Positions 24,101 through 39,100 of a stretch of DNA of 64,000 nt are shown piece by piece. Made by a program: the position numbers and the translations under genes. A model generated the notes under the pieces. It searched no databases. It saw nothing but the letters and a program-made list of their open reading frames with translations, and was not told the DNA's origin. The DNA is taken from the NCBI RefSeq assembly GCF_963921235.1, contig NC_086108.1:102240001-102304000 (forward strand), written 5' to 3'. Each line of letters starts with the position of its first letter. Position 1 is the first letter of the stretch. The stretch comes from Mobula hypostoma. Lineage: Eukaryota.

Positions 24101-27100
24101 ATATTGATGCATGGTCCTAAGAGGGGAACTTCTGGAATTCCTGCGAGATGGCTTTTTAGAGCAGCTCGTGGTTGAGCCCACTAGGGGATCAGCTATTCCC
24201 AATTGAGTGCTGTTATATGAACCAGAATTGGTTAGAGAGCATAAAGTAAAGGAACTCATAAGGTAAGTGATCATAATATGATAGAATTCACCCTGCAATT
24301 TGAGTAGAAGCGAAAGTCAGATATATCAGTATTACAGTGGAGTAAAAGTAATTACAGACCCATGAGAGAGGAGTTGGCCAGAGTTGATTGGAAATGGACA
24401 CTGGTAGGGATGATGGCAAAGCAGCAATATCTGGCATTTCTGTGAGCAATGCAGAAGGCGCAGGATATATACATCCCAAAGACCATAAAAACACAGGACT
24501 TAGAAGCAGAATTAGAATTAGGATCATGGCTGATCCTTTTTTTCCCCTCCTCAGCCCCATTCCCCAGCCTTCCCGTAATCTTTGATGCCTTGTCCAATCA
24601 AGAACCTATCAAGCTCAACTTTAAATACACCAAATGACCTGGCCTCCACAGCTGCCTATGGAAGTAAATTCAACAAGTTCACCACCCTCTGGCTAAAAAA
24701 ATTTCTCCACATCTCTGTTTAAATGGACGCTTCTCTATCCAGAGGCTGTACCCTTTTGTCCTAGACTCTCTCACCATGGCAAACATTCTTTCCACATCTA
24801 CCATGTCTAACCCTTTCAACATTCGAAAGGTTTCAATGAGATCTCCCTTCATCCTTCTAAATTACGGCAAGTACAGACCCAGAGCCATTAAATGTTCCTT
24901 GTATGATAACCCTTTCATTTCTGAATCATCCTTGTGAACCTCCTCTGGACCCTCTCCAATGCCAGCACATCTTTTCTAAGATGAGGGGCCCAAACTGTTC
25001 ACAATACTCAAGGTGAGGCCTCGTCAGTGCCTTATAAAGCCTCAGCATCACATCACTGCTCTTGTATTCTAGACCTCTTGAAATGAATTCTAACATTGCA
25101 TTTGCTTTTTTCACCACCGACTCAACCTGAACGTTAACTTTTGGTCCTTCTGCACAAGGACTCCCAAGTCCTTTTGCATATCAGATTTTTGGATTTTCTC
25201 TCCATTTCAAAAATAGTCTGCAAATTCATTTCTTCTATCAAAACGTATGACCATGCATTTTCCAACATTGTATTTCATTTGCCACTTTCTTTGCCAATTC
25301 TCCTAATCTGTTTCTCCTTCTTCAGCTTACCTGTTTCATCAACAACACCTGCCCCTCCACCAATCATCATATCATCTGCCAACCTGGCAACAAAGCCAAA
25401 TATTCCACCATCAAAATCACTGATATACAGCATAAAAAGAAGTGGCCCCAACACAGAGCCCTGTGGAACACCACTTGTCACTGGCAGCCAACCAGACAAG
25501 GATCCTTTTATTCCCACTCACTGCCTCCTATCAATGCTCTAGCCATCTTCAGAACTTTCCTGAATACCATGGGCTCTTAACTTGCCAAGCACCCTCATGA
25601 GTGGCGCCTTGTCAAAAGCCTTCTGAAAGTCCAAATATACAACATCCACTGCATCCTAGAAATATAGAAAACCTACAGCACAATACAGGCACTTCGGCCC
25701 ACAAAGCTGTGCCGAACATATCCTTACCTGAGAAATTACTCTGAGCTCCATATACCTGTCCAGGAGTCTCTTATAAGATCCTATCGTATCCGCCTCTACC
25801 ACCATCACCGACAGCCCATCCCACGCACTCACCACACTCTGCGTAAAAAACTTAACCCGATATCTCCTCTGTACCTACTTCCAAGCACCTTAAAACTGTG
25901 CCCTCTGGCACTAGCCATTTCAGCCCTGGGAAAGGGACTCTGACTATCCACACGATCAATGCCTCTCAGTACCTTATACACCTCTCTCAGGTCACCTCTC
26001 ATCCTCCGTCGCTCCAAGGAAAAAAGGCCAAGTTCACACAACTTTTTCTCACAAGGCATGCTCCCCAATCCAGGCAACATCCTTGTAAATCTCCTCTGCA
26101 CATTTTGATGGTTTCCACATCCTTCCTATTGTGAGGCGACCAGAACTGAGCAGTCTGACCAGGGTCCTATATAGCTGCAACATTACCTCTCAGCTCCTAA
26201 ACTCAATCCCACGATTGATGAAGGCCAATGCACCGTATGCTTTCTTAACCACAGAGTCAACCTGCGCAGCAGTCTTGAGTGTCCTATGGACTCGGACCCC
26301 AGGATCCCTCTGATCCTCCACGCTGCCAAGAGTCTTACCATTAACACTAACACAAAATACGCAGCAGATGCTAGGGTCAAAGCAACACTCACAACATGCT
26401 GGAGGAACTCAGCAGGTCGGGAAGCATCCATGGAAACGATCAGTCAACGTTTCGTCAATGTCAACGTCCTGACGAAGGGTTCCGGCCCGAAACATTGACT
26501 GATCGTTTCCACAGTTGCTGCCTGACTTGCTGAGTTCTTACCATTAAAACTATATTCTACCGTCATATTTGACCTACCAAAATGAACCACCTCACACTTC
26601 TTTATCTATTCCACTTGTAATCTCCTCAAAGAATTCCAGCAGGTTCGTCAGGCAAGATTTTCCCTTGAAGAAGCCATGCTGACTTTGTCCTATCTGCTCC
26701 TGTGTCATCAGGTACTCCATCACCTCATCCTTAACAATTGTCTCATCTCTCCTCTATTTTTTATATACCTGAAAAAGCTTTTACTATCCACTTTGATTTC
26801 CAAAACGGAAGAAGTAAGAACATAAGAAATAGGAGCAGGAGTAGGCCATCTGGCCCGTTGAGCCTGCTCTGCATTTAATAAGATCATAGCTGATCTGGCC
26901 ATGGACTCATCTCCACTTACCTGCCTTTTCCCATAACCATTAATTCCCATACCATGCAAACATCTATTCAACCTTGTCTTAAATATATTTACTGAGGTAG
27001 CTTCCACTGCTTCATTGGGCAGAGAATTCCACAGATCCACCACTCTGGGAAAAGCAGTTCCTCCTCGGCTCCATTCTAAGTCTACTCACCCGAATCTTGA

Positions 27101-30100
27101 GGCTCTGTCCCCTAGTTCTAGTCTCACCAATCAGAGGAAACTACTTTCCTGCCTCCATCTTATCTATCCTTTTCATAATGTTATATGTTTCTATAATATC
27201 TCCTCCCATTCTTCAGAATTCCAGAGAGTATAGTCTCAGGCGACTCAATCTCTCCTCATCGTCTAACCCCCTCATTTCAGGAATCAATCTGCTGAACCTC
27301 CTCTGCACCACCTCCAAAACCAGTATGTCCTTTCTCAAGTAAGAAGACCAGAACTGCACGCAGTGCTCCAGGTGTGGCCTCACCAGTCCCTGTACAGTTG
27401 CAGCATAACCTCCCTGCTCTTAAATTCAGTCCCTCTAGCAATGAAGACCAACATTCCATTTGCCTTCTTGATAGCCTGCTGCACCTGCAAACCAATCTTT
27501 TGTGATTCATGCACAAGCACTCCCAAGTCCCTCTGCACAGCAGCATGTTGCAATTTTCTACCATTTAAATAATAATCTGCTCTTCTATTTTACCTTCCAA
27601 AGTGGATGACCTCGCATTTACCAACATTGTATTCCATCTACCAGACCTTTGCCTACTCCCCTAACCTATCTATATCTCTCTGCAGACTGTCCGTCTCTTC
27701 TGCACAATTTGCTTTTCCACTCAATTTAGTAACATCAGCAAAGTTAGACACACTACACTCGGTCCCCTCTTCCAGATCGTTAATGTATATCGTGAACAGT
27801 TGCAGGCCCAGCACCAACCCCTGCGACACACCACTCACCACTGACTGCCAACTAGAGTAACATACATATATCCCAACTCTCTGCTTTCTATTAGTTAACC
27901 AATCCTCTGTCCATGCTAATACATCACCCCCAACCTTATGCATTCATATCTTATGGTAAGTCTTTTATGTTGCACCTTATTCAATGCTTTCTGGAAATCC
28001 AAGTAAATAACATTCATCTGTTCCCCTGTATCCACTGCACTTGTTATATCCTCAAAGAACTCCAGTCAGTTTGTCAAACAGAACCTGCCTTTGCTGAATC
28101 GATGCTGCATGCCTCGCTATTTCTTCTTTATTGCCAGCTTCAAGCATTTTCCTAATTTCAGATGTTAAACTAATTGGCCTATAGTTACCGGCCTTTTGCC
28201 AACACCATCTTTTGAATAGTGATGTGACATTCACCGTCTTACAATCTGCGAGGGCCTGCCCAGATTCCAGAGAATTTTGGTAAATTATCACCAAAGCTTC
28301 TACTATAACATCTGCCATTTCTTTCAGTATCCAAGGATGCATTCCATCAGGACCAGGGGACTTAACTATTTTCAGGCCCACCTCTTTAGTGATAGCTCTC
28401 ATATCAAGGTCTTCACCTCCTATCGCATCCATAACATCTCTTTTTGGCATGTTAGACGTGTTCTCCACCATGAAGACTGACACAAAATAGTCATTCAAAG
28501 CCGCTGCCATTTCCTCATTTTCCATAATTAATTCTCCCTTCCTGTCCTCCAAGGGACCTATGTTCACTTTAGCCACCCTTTTCCGCTTTATATAATTATA
28601 AAAACTTTTACTATCTGTTTTTATATTTTGTGCTGGTTTAATTTTATAACCTATCTTCCCTTTATTTATTGCTCGTTTAATGGTTCTTTGTTGCTTTTTA
28701 AAGTTCTCACATTCCTCCAGTTTCCCACTACTCTTGGTGACTTTGTACACACAAGCTTTTAATTTGATGAAATCCTTTATTTCCTTAGTTATCCAAGGTG
28801 GCCCCACCCTTACTGTTCTTGCTTTTAACTGGAATATACTTTCGTTGAGCACTGTGAAAAATCTCTTTGAAAGTCTTCCACTGTTACTCGACTGTCCCAC
28901 CATATAGCCCGTGTTCCCAGTCTACACTAGCCAAATCCTCCCTCATCCCATTGTAGTCTCCATTGTTTAGGCATAATACACTGGTTTTCAATCTAACTAC
29001 AGTTGTAAGAGAAACTCAAGCATACTGTGATCAGTCTTTCTCAACTACAAGATCACTAATGTTACCTGTCTCATTGCACAGGACCAGATCTAAGATAGCA
29101 CATTCCCTTGTAGGTTCAGTAACAGACTGTTCAAGAAAGCCATCACGGATGCATTCTATGAAGTCTTTCTCTGAACTGCCTCGACCAACTTGATTCACCC
29201 AATCTATGTGCAAGTTAAAGTAGCCCATGATAATTGTTGTTCCATTCTTACATGCCTCAGATATTTCTCTGTTTATTGCTTGTGGCACTGTAATGTTACT
29301 GTTCGGTGGCTGATAGACAACACCCACCAGTGATTTTTTTTCCCTTTACTGTTCCTAATCTCTACCAAGATGAATTCAACATGGAACACGAAGATAAGCT
29401 ATCCAATAATATTAAAGAGGATACCAAAAGTTTCTTCAGATATATAAAATGTAAAAGAGAGGCCAGCGTCGATAAGGGAAAGGAGAGAAGACAGGAGATT
29501 AGGGCTGAAAGGGAAAACGTATCAGCCATGATGAAATGTTGGAGCAGACTTAATGGGCCAATTGGCCTAATTCTGCTTCTCTATCTTCTGGTCTTATAGT
29601 CTTTATCCCTAGTCTGGCACAGAGGAAATACAGCATGTTCCCCTTAAACATTTCACCTTTCACCCTTAACCCATGATCTCTAGTTCTATTCTCATTCAAC
29701 CTCAGTGGAAAAATCCTGCTTTCATTTACCTCATAATTTTGTATAACTCTATCAATTCTAGCTTCATTCTCCAGTGCTCTAGGGCGGGTATTCCTGGCTA
29801 GCGTCCACAGACCCCTCGGTTAGTGGTAGGTGTCTACGGCATTAAAAGAGTTTGGGAACCCATGCTCCAGGGAATACAGTCCAAATCTATTCAACCTTTC
29901 CCTAAATCTCAGGTCCTGAAATCCCGGCAACATCCTTGAAAATTTGGCCTGCGCTCTTTCAATGTTATTGACATCTTTCCTGCACTTCAGAATCTCTTGT
30001 GTTTTAAAATCCATCTGGTATTTTATAGCCTATTTCAGATTGATCCTTGAAATACTTTATCAGGTTCCAGCTTGCATGGACAACCAAAATGCTAGGATGA

Positions 30101-33100
30101 AGTCTCCAACTACATGATATTACACACAGGCACCTCAAATGAAGGGATTATTCCTCAGTATAAACCAACACCACTATTTCATACCACACCCATGCTTCCA
30201 GAGACATCAAGAACTAAGCATAGCACTCGATCCTTGACTTGCAGTAGAGTAAGTGTCGGCACAAGGGAAGTAATATCAGCTGGAGGGTTATTCTTGAAGT
30301 CCTCTGATTGACTGATCACGTCCCAAGTGCTCCTGTAATTGCACATTTTGTTCTGCATCGTTGGTGCTTCGGGATTATGGGTGTCACTGTCGCAGAATTC
30401 AACCACCTGAAAAATGAGGATGCAAGACATGTCACAGTGTCTGTCAGCATTTGCAGGTTGGTTTATTGGGTTTCACTTCAATTGGTGGAAATTTTACCCC
30501 TGAGCCAGAAAGCTGCCGCTGCTAGGCTTACTTGATGATCTGTGTCTGTGACCCCTTCTAGCTCTGCATTCCCTCTGCAAACTTTTCTTCCATGGTGTAA
30601 TCTGATGACTTGAACCAATGACTATGTTCCAGAGGACCCAATGGGCACAATATGTAGCACTACTAGGGATCATCATGGTATCAAAGGTTAGCCTAATCAC
30701 TTTACAGTGCCAACCGTAAGATTGGGTCCAATTCCCACCATGGTCTATAAGGAGTTTGTATGTTCTCCCCATGACTCCATGGGTTATCTCCGGCTGCTCT
30801 GGGTTCCTCCCACATTTCAAGACCTACTGTGTAAGTTGTGGGCCTGATACGTTGGTACCATAAGCACAGTGACACTTGTGCGCTGCCCTCAGCACAATCC
30901 TCACTGATTTGATTAGACACATTTCACTGCACGTTTCAATATACATATGATAGATAAAGCTAATTTGTTAAAATAAATCTTTATCATGCTTAAGAATTTG
31001 TCTTTATTTACACCAGCTATAGCTCAACAAAGTCCAACTTTATGAGAGAAAAATAAATCAATTAACTTTTAACATTGTGATACTGCAGTAACTAAGTTTG
31101 AGGAAATGTAATTTCTAAGTGGGGTAAATCATACTATTCTATTGGAATGAAAATCTGACTTGTGGCCTTCATAACACGTGCACCATGGTTACTTGACAGG
31201 GTACCTAAAATGAATAGAGATTTTGTCTTTTAATCAATTTACAAATGTTCATTTGCTGTTCCAGAAATTGTTTTCAGAAAGAAATTGCCAGTTCAACTTA
31301 CATCTTTTAATCCTTGGAGATACATTATCGAAGCTGTTGTTGTCTGACTTTCATCTGGGAAAAACTTACAATCATCAATTGGGGGACCGATGATACCACA
31401 GGGAAAACAGGAAGTTCCTGTGCATGAGAGAATCTTTCCTGTTATCTCTTTAGAACACCTGAATGTGAGACAAACCAAAAAATATTTAAATTAATTTCCA
31501 GCATACACAAGAAACAAAAACTAAATCTGGAGATACAAATAACTGCAGATGTTGGATTACTCCACCGCAAAGTCTTTTCAAGGTAAAGCTACATTGAAAA
31601 AGTTTTCCTCCTCACTATATATTTGGACAGTTAAAGTTTTGGGTTAAGACTCTTCATCTGGATTGAAAGACGAAGTTGAGATAGCCAGTGAAAGAAAGGT
31701 GGAGGAAAGGGGTGGAGCAAGATCTGGCAGATTATAGGTAGATCTAGTTGAGAGAGCTGATGGACAAGAGAACTGCAGGGAATACAGAGGGGCAGCAGAG
31801 AGATCTGAATCTCTATGATGGGACTTCTGTGAGAACCCACCACTCACTGAACTAAAGGCCCGAAGGCAACCTGTCCTGGGGTCAGAGGTCTGTCTGTGTG
31901 TGGGAAAGGGGCTTGTTTTGCTGTTGTTTGTGGTGCTTGTGTTCTTCTGCTGAACATTGTGGGCATACTACGTAGGCAGTAGAACGTGTGGAAAGACATC
32001 CTTGGGCATGTTGCATGTTAATGTAGATGATGCATTTCACTGTATGTTTCCATAGACTATCAGACCATTGATATAAAACCAGAATTGGGCCATTTGGCCC
32101 ATCAAGTCTGCTCTGCCATTTCATCATGGCTGATCCATTTTCCCTCTCAGCCCCAATCTCTTGCCTTTTCCTCGTATCCCTTCATGCCCTGACATTAAGA
32201 ATCTATCAGCCTCTGCCTTAAATATACCCAATGACTTGGCCTTCACAGCTGCCTGGGGCATCGAATTCCACAATTTACCACCCTCTGGCTAAAGAAATTC
32301 CTCCTCATCTCCATTCTATATGGATGTTCCTCTGTTCTGAGGCTGTGTCCTCTGGTTCTGATGCTTCCACCACAGGAAACATCCTCTCCACATACACTTT
32401 ATCGAGGCCTTTCAACATGACATAGTTTCAATTAGATCCCCCTTTCATTCTTCTGAATTCCAGTGAATAGCGGCCCAGAGCCATCAAATGCTCTGCATAT
32501 GATAAGCCTTTCAATCCCAGAATCATTTTCGTGAACCTCTTTTGAACTCTCTCCAATGTCAGCATATCCTTCTTCAGATAAGGGGCCCCAAACTGCTTTC
32601 AATACTCCAAGTGAGGCCTCACTGGTGCGTTATAAAGTCTCAACATTACAACCTTGCTTTTATACCTTTGAAATGAATGCTAACATTGCATTTGCCTTCA
32701 CCAGTGACTCAAACCACAAATGAATGTTTGAGGACACAAAATAATCTGCAGATGCTGGGGTCAAAGCAACACTCACAACACGCTGGAGGAACTCAGCAGG
32801 ACGAAGGGTTCCGGCCCGAAACGTCGACCAATCTTTTCCACGGATGCTACCCGACCTGCTGAGTTCCTCCAGCATGTTGTGAGTGAATGTTTGAGGAATC
32901 CTGCACGAGGACTTTCAAGTCCCTTTGCACCTCCAATTTTTGAATTTTCTCTTCTTTTGGAAAATAGTCTGCGCTTTTATTTCTTCTATTAAAGTGCAGG
33001 ACCATACACTTCCCGAACCTGTATTCCATCTGCCACTTCTTTGCCCATTCTCCTCACTTGGCCGCAAAGCCAGCAATTCCATATTCCAAATCACTGACAC

Positions 33101-36100
33101 ACAACATAAAAAGAAGCAGTCCCATCATAGACCCCAATCAGAAAAAGGCTCTCTTTATTCCCAGTCTTTGCCTCCTGCCAAACAGCCAATATTCTGTACA
33201 TGCTAGGACCTTTCCTGTAATACCATGGGCTCTTCATTTGTTAAGGAGGCTCATGTATAGCACCTTGTCAAAGGTCTTCTGAAAACCTTGATTTAAAAAA
33301 TAGGCTACACTTTTCGATGCACATGTGTTAAAGAGAAATCAGAATCACAATATCAACCTCGTCATTAATTTTACCCATCTGTATACAACACCTTCTTCTG
33401 TCAGTAAATGCCCATTGCAAGACCTAAGAATACTTAAATCACATCTCACTTCGAAAGAGCCAATATTCAAGGAAGACAAATATCGATGACAAATTCACCA
33501 TGACTTCCAATGATCCAGTACAGCTTTTGGCCATCTGAAGAAAGCAGAATGTGAAGATCAACCCTTTAAGCATAGCATAAAGCTCATAGTTGACCAGGTA
33601 ACAGTGACCCCTGCTCATTTCTATGTTTTTAAAAAATGGAGCACCTATAGTGGACACCTTGAAGTTCTTCATAAAACCAAGACTAATGTCATAAATTTCT
33701 CCAAATCTATAAGCAGAATAAGTAAACTAATAGAAACAACACACACAAAATGCTGGAGGAACTCAGCAGGCCAAGCAGCATCTATGGAAAAGAATAAATA
33801 GTCAACGTTTCCAGCTGAGACCCGTCATCATGGGCATTACTTTTGTTGTCCTTACATTTACATACGTAAGTATTTCTAAGGAGATCTGAACTATATCACT
33901 AGCCATTCTTGGCATTGAAACCTTGGCTTTCTGAGGATCAGACTTTCGCAGATCTGATTTCCTTTCTCTTGCCAGTCTCCAAATTCTCTTGGACTACATC
34001 GAGTGTTAATTCTCCCTTATCATGTTTGTTCATCAATGGCATCACTTAGGTAAAATACATATTTATGAAGAGCTCAGAAAGGGTGTATCTTAGGGATCTT
34101 TTCCCAAGAGCAGAGGTGTCAAAATTGAAATAGCACACTTTTATGATTCAGGGCAAGAGGTTCGGAAGAAAGCTGTCAGAGAACACCCACACTTCCCTTC
34201 CTTTGTCAGATTTCTGAATGGTTCATGAACCCTTAAACACTGTTTCATTATTCGTTCATTTTCACTATTATTTTGTAACCTATAGAACTTTTGTAACCTA
34301 TAGAGCCTTCCCCAACCAGAAACCCTGGATGAGCCATAAAATCTGCAATCTACTGAGGGCAAGATTAGTGACATTTATGTCTGGCAACCAATTAAGATAA
34401 AAGATGTCTAGGTACAATCTCCAGAAAGTTATCTCACATGCAAAGTGGCAATTCCAGACTAAACTTGAATCACTATAGGATGCTCAATTGATCTGGCAGG
34501 GCTTGAATGCTATTACCTCTAATAAAGGGAAACCAAACAACAGATTCACTCCCGGATGAGCTCAATGCTTTCTATGCTCAGACTGACAAAAAAAAAATGG
34601 AGGAACCTTCATAAACTCCCACATCTCCCAATAACCCCATGATTTTAGTCTTTGAGGCTGGTATGAGAGCACCCTTTCGGAGGATGAACCCACAAAAAGC
34701 ACCCAGCCCAGATGGGGTACCTGGTCAAGTACTAAAGACCTGAGCTGATCAACTACTGGAGTGTTTACTGATATCTTTAACCTCTAACTTCAGCAGTCTG
34801 AGGTACTCACCTGCTTCAAGCAGGCTTCAATTATACAGGTGCCCAAAAAGAACTTGGTAACCTGCCTCAATGACTATCATCCAGGAGCACTTACATCCAC
34901 TGTGATGAAGTGCTTTGAGACGCTGCTGATGAAATGTATCAACTGCCTGTGATGTGATTTAGATCATCTCCAATTTGCCTACTAGCTGGTGCCATTTCAT
35001 TGACTCCTCTCAAACCAAGAACATCAGGACAGCAAAGGTGCATACATCAGGATGCTCTCTATCGACTACAGCTCAGCATTCAGTACGACCATCCCCTGAA
35101 AAATAGTCAATAAGCTTCAGCTTCCAGCCCGCAATAACTCCTTGTGCACTTTGATCATCGATTTCCTCACTTGCAGACACCAGTCAGATCGGATTGGCGA
35201 CAACATCTCCTCCACAATTACAATTAGCACAGGTGCATCACAAGACAGCGTGCATAGCCCCCTGCTTTACTCATTTTATATTTATGACTATGAGGCTAAG
35301 CACAGCACTAATGCCATATGTAACTTTGCTGAAGACACCACTGCTAGTGGCTGAATGAAAGATGATAAAATATCAGCACATAGGAGGGAGATTGTAAAAC
35401 TGACTGAGTGGTTTCACAACAACACTCTCTCACTCAATGTCGGCAAGACCAGGGAGCTGATTATTGACATCAGGAAAAGGAATCCAGAGGACTATGAGCC
35501 ACTCTTCATTGGGGAATCAGATGTGGAGAGGGTCAGCAACTTTAAATTCCTCAGTGTTATCATTTCAGAGGACCAGTCCTGGGCCCAGCACATAAATGCA
35601 ATTATGAAGAAAGCACAGCAGTGCCTCTTCTTCTTTAGGAGTTTGCGAAAATTCGGCACGACATCCAAAACTTCGACAAACTTCTATAGATGTGTGGTAG
35701 AGAGTATATTGACTGGTTGCATCATGACTTAGTATGAAAATTCCTACAGAAAATAGTGGATATGGCCCAGTCCATCACTGGTAAAGCCCTCGCCACCATT
35801 GACCACATCTACACGGAGTGCTATCGCAGGGAAGGAGCATCCATCACCACCAGGTTCAGGAACAGTTATTACCCTTCAACCATCAGGCTCATGAACCAGT
35901 GGCATAATCTTCACTCGTCCCATCACTGAACTGTTCCCACAACCTATGGACTCACTTTCAATGAGTCTTCATCTCACGTTCCAGATATTATTTATTATTA
36001 TTTATTTTAATTCTTTAGTATTTACACAGTTTGTTCTCTTTTGCAAATTGTTTGTTTGTCTGTCTTGAAGGGTGCAGTCTTTCATTGATTCTATTGTGTT

Positions 36101-39100
36101 TCTTTGATTTTCGGTGCATTCCCGCTGGAAAACACATCTCAGGGTTGTATATAGTGACTTATCTGTACTTTGACAATAAGTTTACTTGGAACTTTGAACA
36201 AATTTCATGTCATACAAGTCAGAAATTCTCAGAAAGAACTTTTTCCACTCAGAATGTGCTCTGGAATCCACTGCTTGAGGTGGTGAAAGAGATAGGTATT
36301 CTCACAATATGTAAGTATTTGAATCATTAAGGCTTGGAAGGCAAGTGCTGGTAAATGGTGTTAGTATAGATAAATTCTTGATGTTCAGCATGGATTCGGA
36401 GGGTCGAAAGGCCTGTTTTGGTGCTGCATGACTCAATGACTGTGATCAAAATGTGGCACAGGCATTGAAATGTACACACCAGTCAGATACATCAATCTGG
36501 GAGGACACAATCTTAATCACAAAAGATTTGGCTGGTGCTGGAAATCCGGAGTAACACACATAAAATACTGGAGAAACTTAGCAGGTCAGGTAGAATCTAT
36601 GGAAAGGAATTAAGAGTTGATATTTCATGGATGAAAGCACAGAGTCTGTCTATGTACAAAAGACAAAATTACAAATTTTCAGTATAATCTCAAACTGTTC
36701 AACCAAAGTTTCAGCATTGCTTGATCAAAATGCATTTGTGCATGCACAGCTCACACAGAAGGATGCTTGCACCATGCGCTCCAGTGCTGCTTCTGCACCT
36801 GCTGATGAAGAGCCACTCCACTGCTATGCAGTTTAATGATTCAATCCCCCCCCCCCCCCCGAGTGACAGGCTACCTTTAAAATATTACTTGTCCACCCCA
36901 TCTATTTGCCTCCTTGCTGCAGTGGAACACCAAACAATTAACAATTAAATTAAATTGTTAAGCTACATAATGGGTACAAAAGTAATCCTGAAGCAAAAAC
37001 ATAGACTTATTTTATACCATCATATCACATGACATATATTGAAGTGTAACTCACCCAGTTGGGCGCATTCTGTTGCCAGAAAAATTAAAGGGCTCCAAAT
37101 CATTATATTCATCAAAAACACCCCACTGAAGATGGGCCCACTCATGTACAAACACTTTACCTAGAAAAATAAAAGTACATTGATACAATCAGATTTAAAA
37201 CTAAACAACCACGTCCATCCATGGGGAACCTTGACACAATAAGTCATCTAAAAGTGCTTTACTGGAGCCTTATTCAACTATATATATATATAGAGATATT
37301 CGAAGGGGTGACCAAAAACTTGGCCGTAGTTATAAAGGAGGGACTTAAAAGAAAGAAGAGTGGTGAAGAGTGACAGCTTATGCACAGGAAGCAGATCAGC
37401 TGGCTGTTCATTAGAATGTGCAGAAACGGTGATTGGGTGCATGGTGCAAATCTGTTGCTGTGGAAGCCATGCATGTAAAAGCACATTTTTAACAAGTAAT
37501 ACCAAAACTTCAGCTAAACAGAGGGGTGCAGTGAGAAGAAATAATTGAACAAAATTGGTAGAGGAGAATGCAGTATCAAGAAAAAAAAGTTGGTAGGAAT
37601 GGAACCCTTGTTTCTATTTTAGGAATTTGTGATTGTTCACACCACTGTTCTTGAATTCATTACAGAATCTAACTGTTTTGCAATGGAAATGAAAGCAATG
37701 TACATTCTGATTTGATAAAGCCAACAGTTCCCCTTTGAATTGCCAGTGTTAATAGAGATAATTAGGCTGACGTTTCTGCTAGCATCTGTCCTGTTTCAGA
37801 TCTCCAGCATCTGCATGGAGTCTAAGAGCACCACAGCACAGAAACAGGCCCTGAGGCCCCTCTACCTATATCTAGCCCATCATGCTCAATACCTTTCTCA
37901 TCCACGTACCTATCCACATGTCTCTGAAATGTTACAACTAAACCTGCATTTGCACCACTCTCTGAGTGAAGAAGCTCCCCCCTTAAATTCCTCTTAAATA
38001 TTTCACTTTTCATTCTACACCTATGACCTCTATTTCTAGTCTCACTCAACCAGAGGGAAAAATCCTGCATGCATTCATCCTCTCTATACCCCTCAATTTT
38101 GTATACCTCGATAAGATCTCCCATCATTTTCCGCACTTCAGTGAAGAAAGTCCTGACCCGTTGAACCTTTCTTTAACCAGCTGTCAAAGTAATTATGGGG
38201 GAGGGAGTTGTAACTTAAGGCAGGACCCATTGATAAGCTCAGAATCAGCTTTTTGAATAGAGGAACTTGCCCACAGACCCACTTCAAATAAAAACATGGA
38301 AATAGGTCAGATTAGACTACCAACAGGTATTGGAAAATGTGGGCTATATTTTCTTACTTTGTGTTATCACCATTATAGTATTTTATATCAACTCCCAAAA
38401 TTCACTAATTAGCTTTAACAGAAATTCAAGAGGTTGTGCAGATGCTGGAAATCTAGAGCAGCCCTCACAAAACGCTGGAGGAACTCAGCAGGTCAGTCAC
38501 CATCTCTGGAAATTAATAAACCGTCAGCATTTTGGGCCAAAACCCTTCATTAGGACTGGAAAGAAGGGTGAGAGAAACCATAATATGAAGGTGGGGGAAA
38601 CAGAAATAGTACAAGCCAGAAGGTGACAGGTGAGGCTGTGTGGGTAGGGGAGGGTGACTAAAGTGAGAAGCTGGGAGGTGATAGATAGAAAAGGTAAAGG
38701 GCCGAAGAAATCTGATAGAAGAAGAGAATGGAGAAAGGGAAGGAGGAGCAGGGGAAGTGATCGTCAGGGGAAGGGAAGAGGGGTTAAGAGGGAGGCCAGA
38801 GTGGAAAATCGAAGAAGTTGGAATGAGGAGGGGAGAAACAGAATGCCGTCAACTCCAAAACAACTCAGATTTTCCAGCCCATTTGATATAATACCTCCAA
38901 ATATTTGTATTTCCCTTTTTGTAAATGTTATACAGCAGTATAACAGTTGTATTCTTGTCAGTGAACCCAATGAGTTCAAAGAGAGCAGAAAATAGAACCC
39001 AGTGAGCTTCAGGTTATGGGTATCAGATTGTTTCTGACCCACCTCCAATCACAAACCTATCCATTTCTGATATTCCTGACTTTGGCACTGACTGCGCCAA

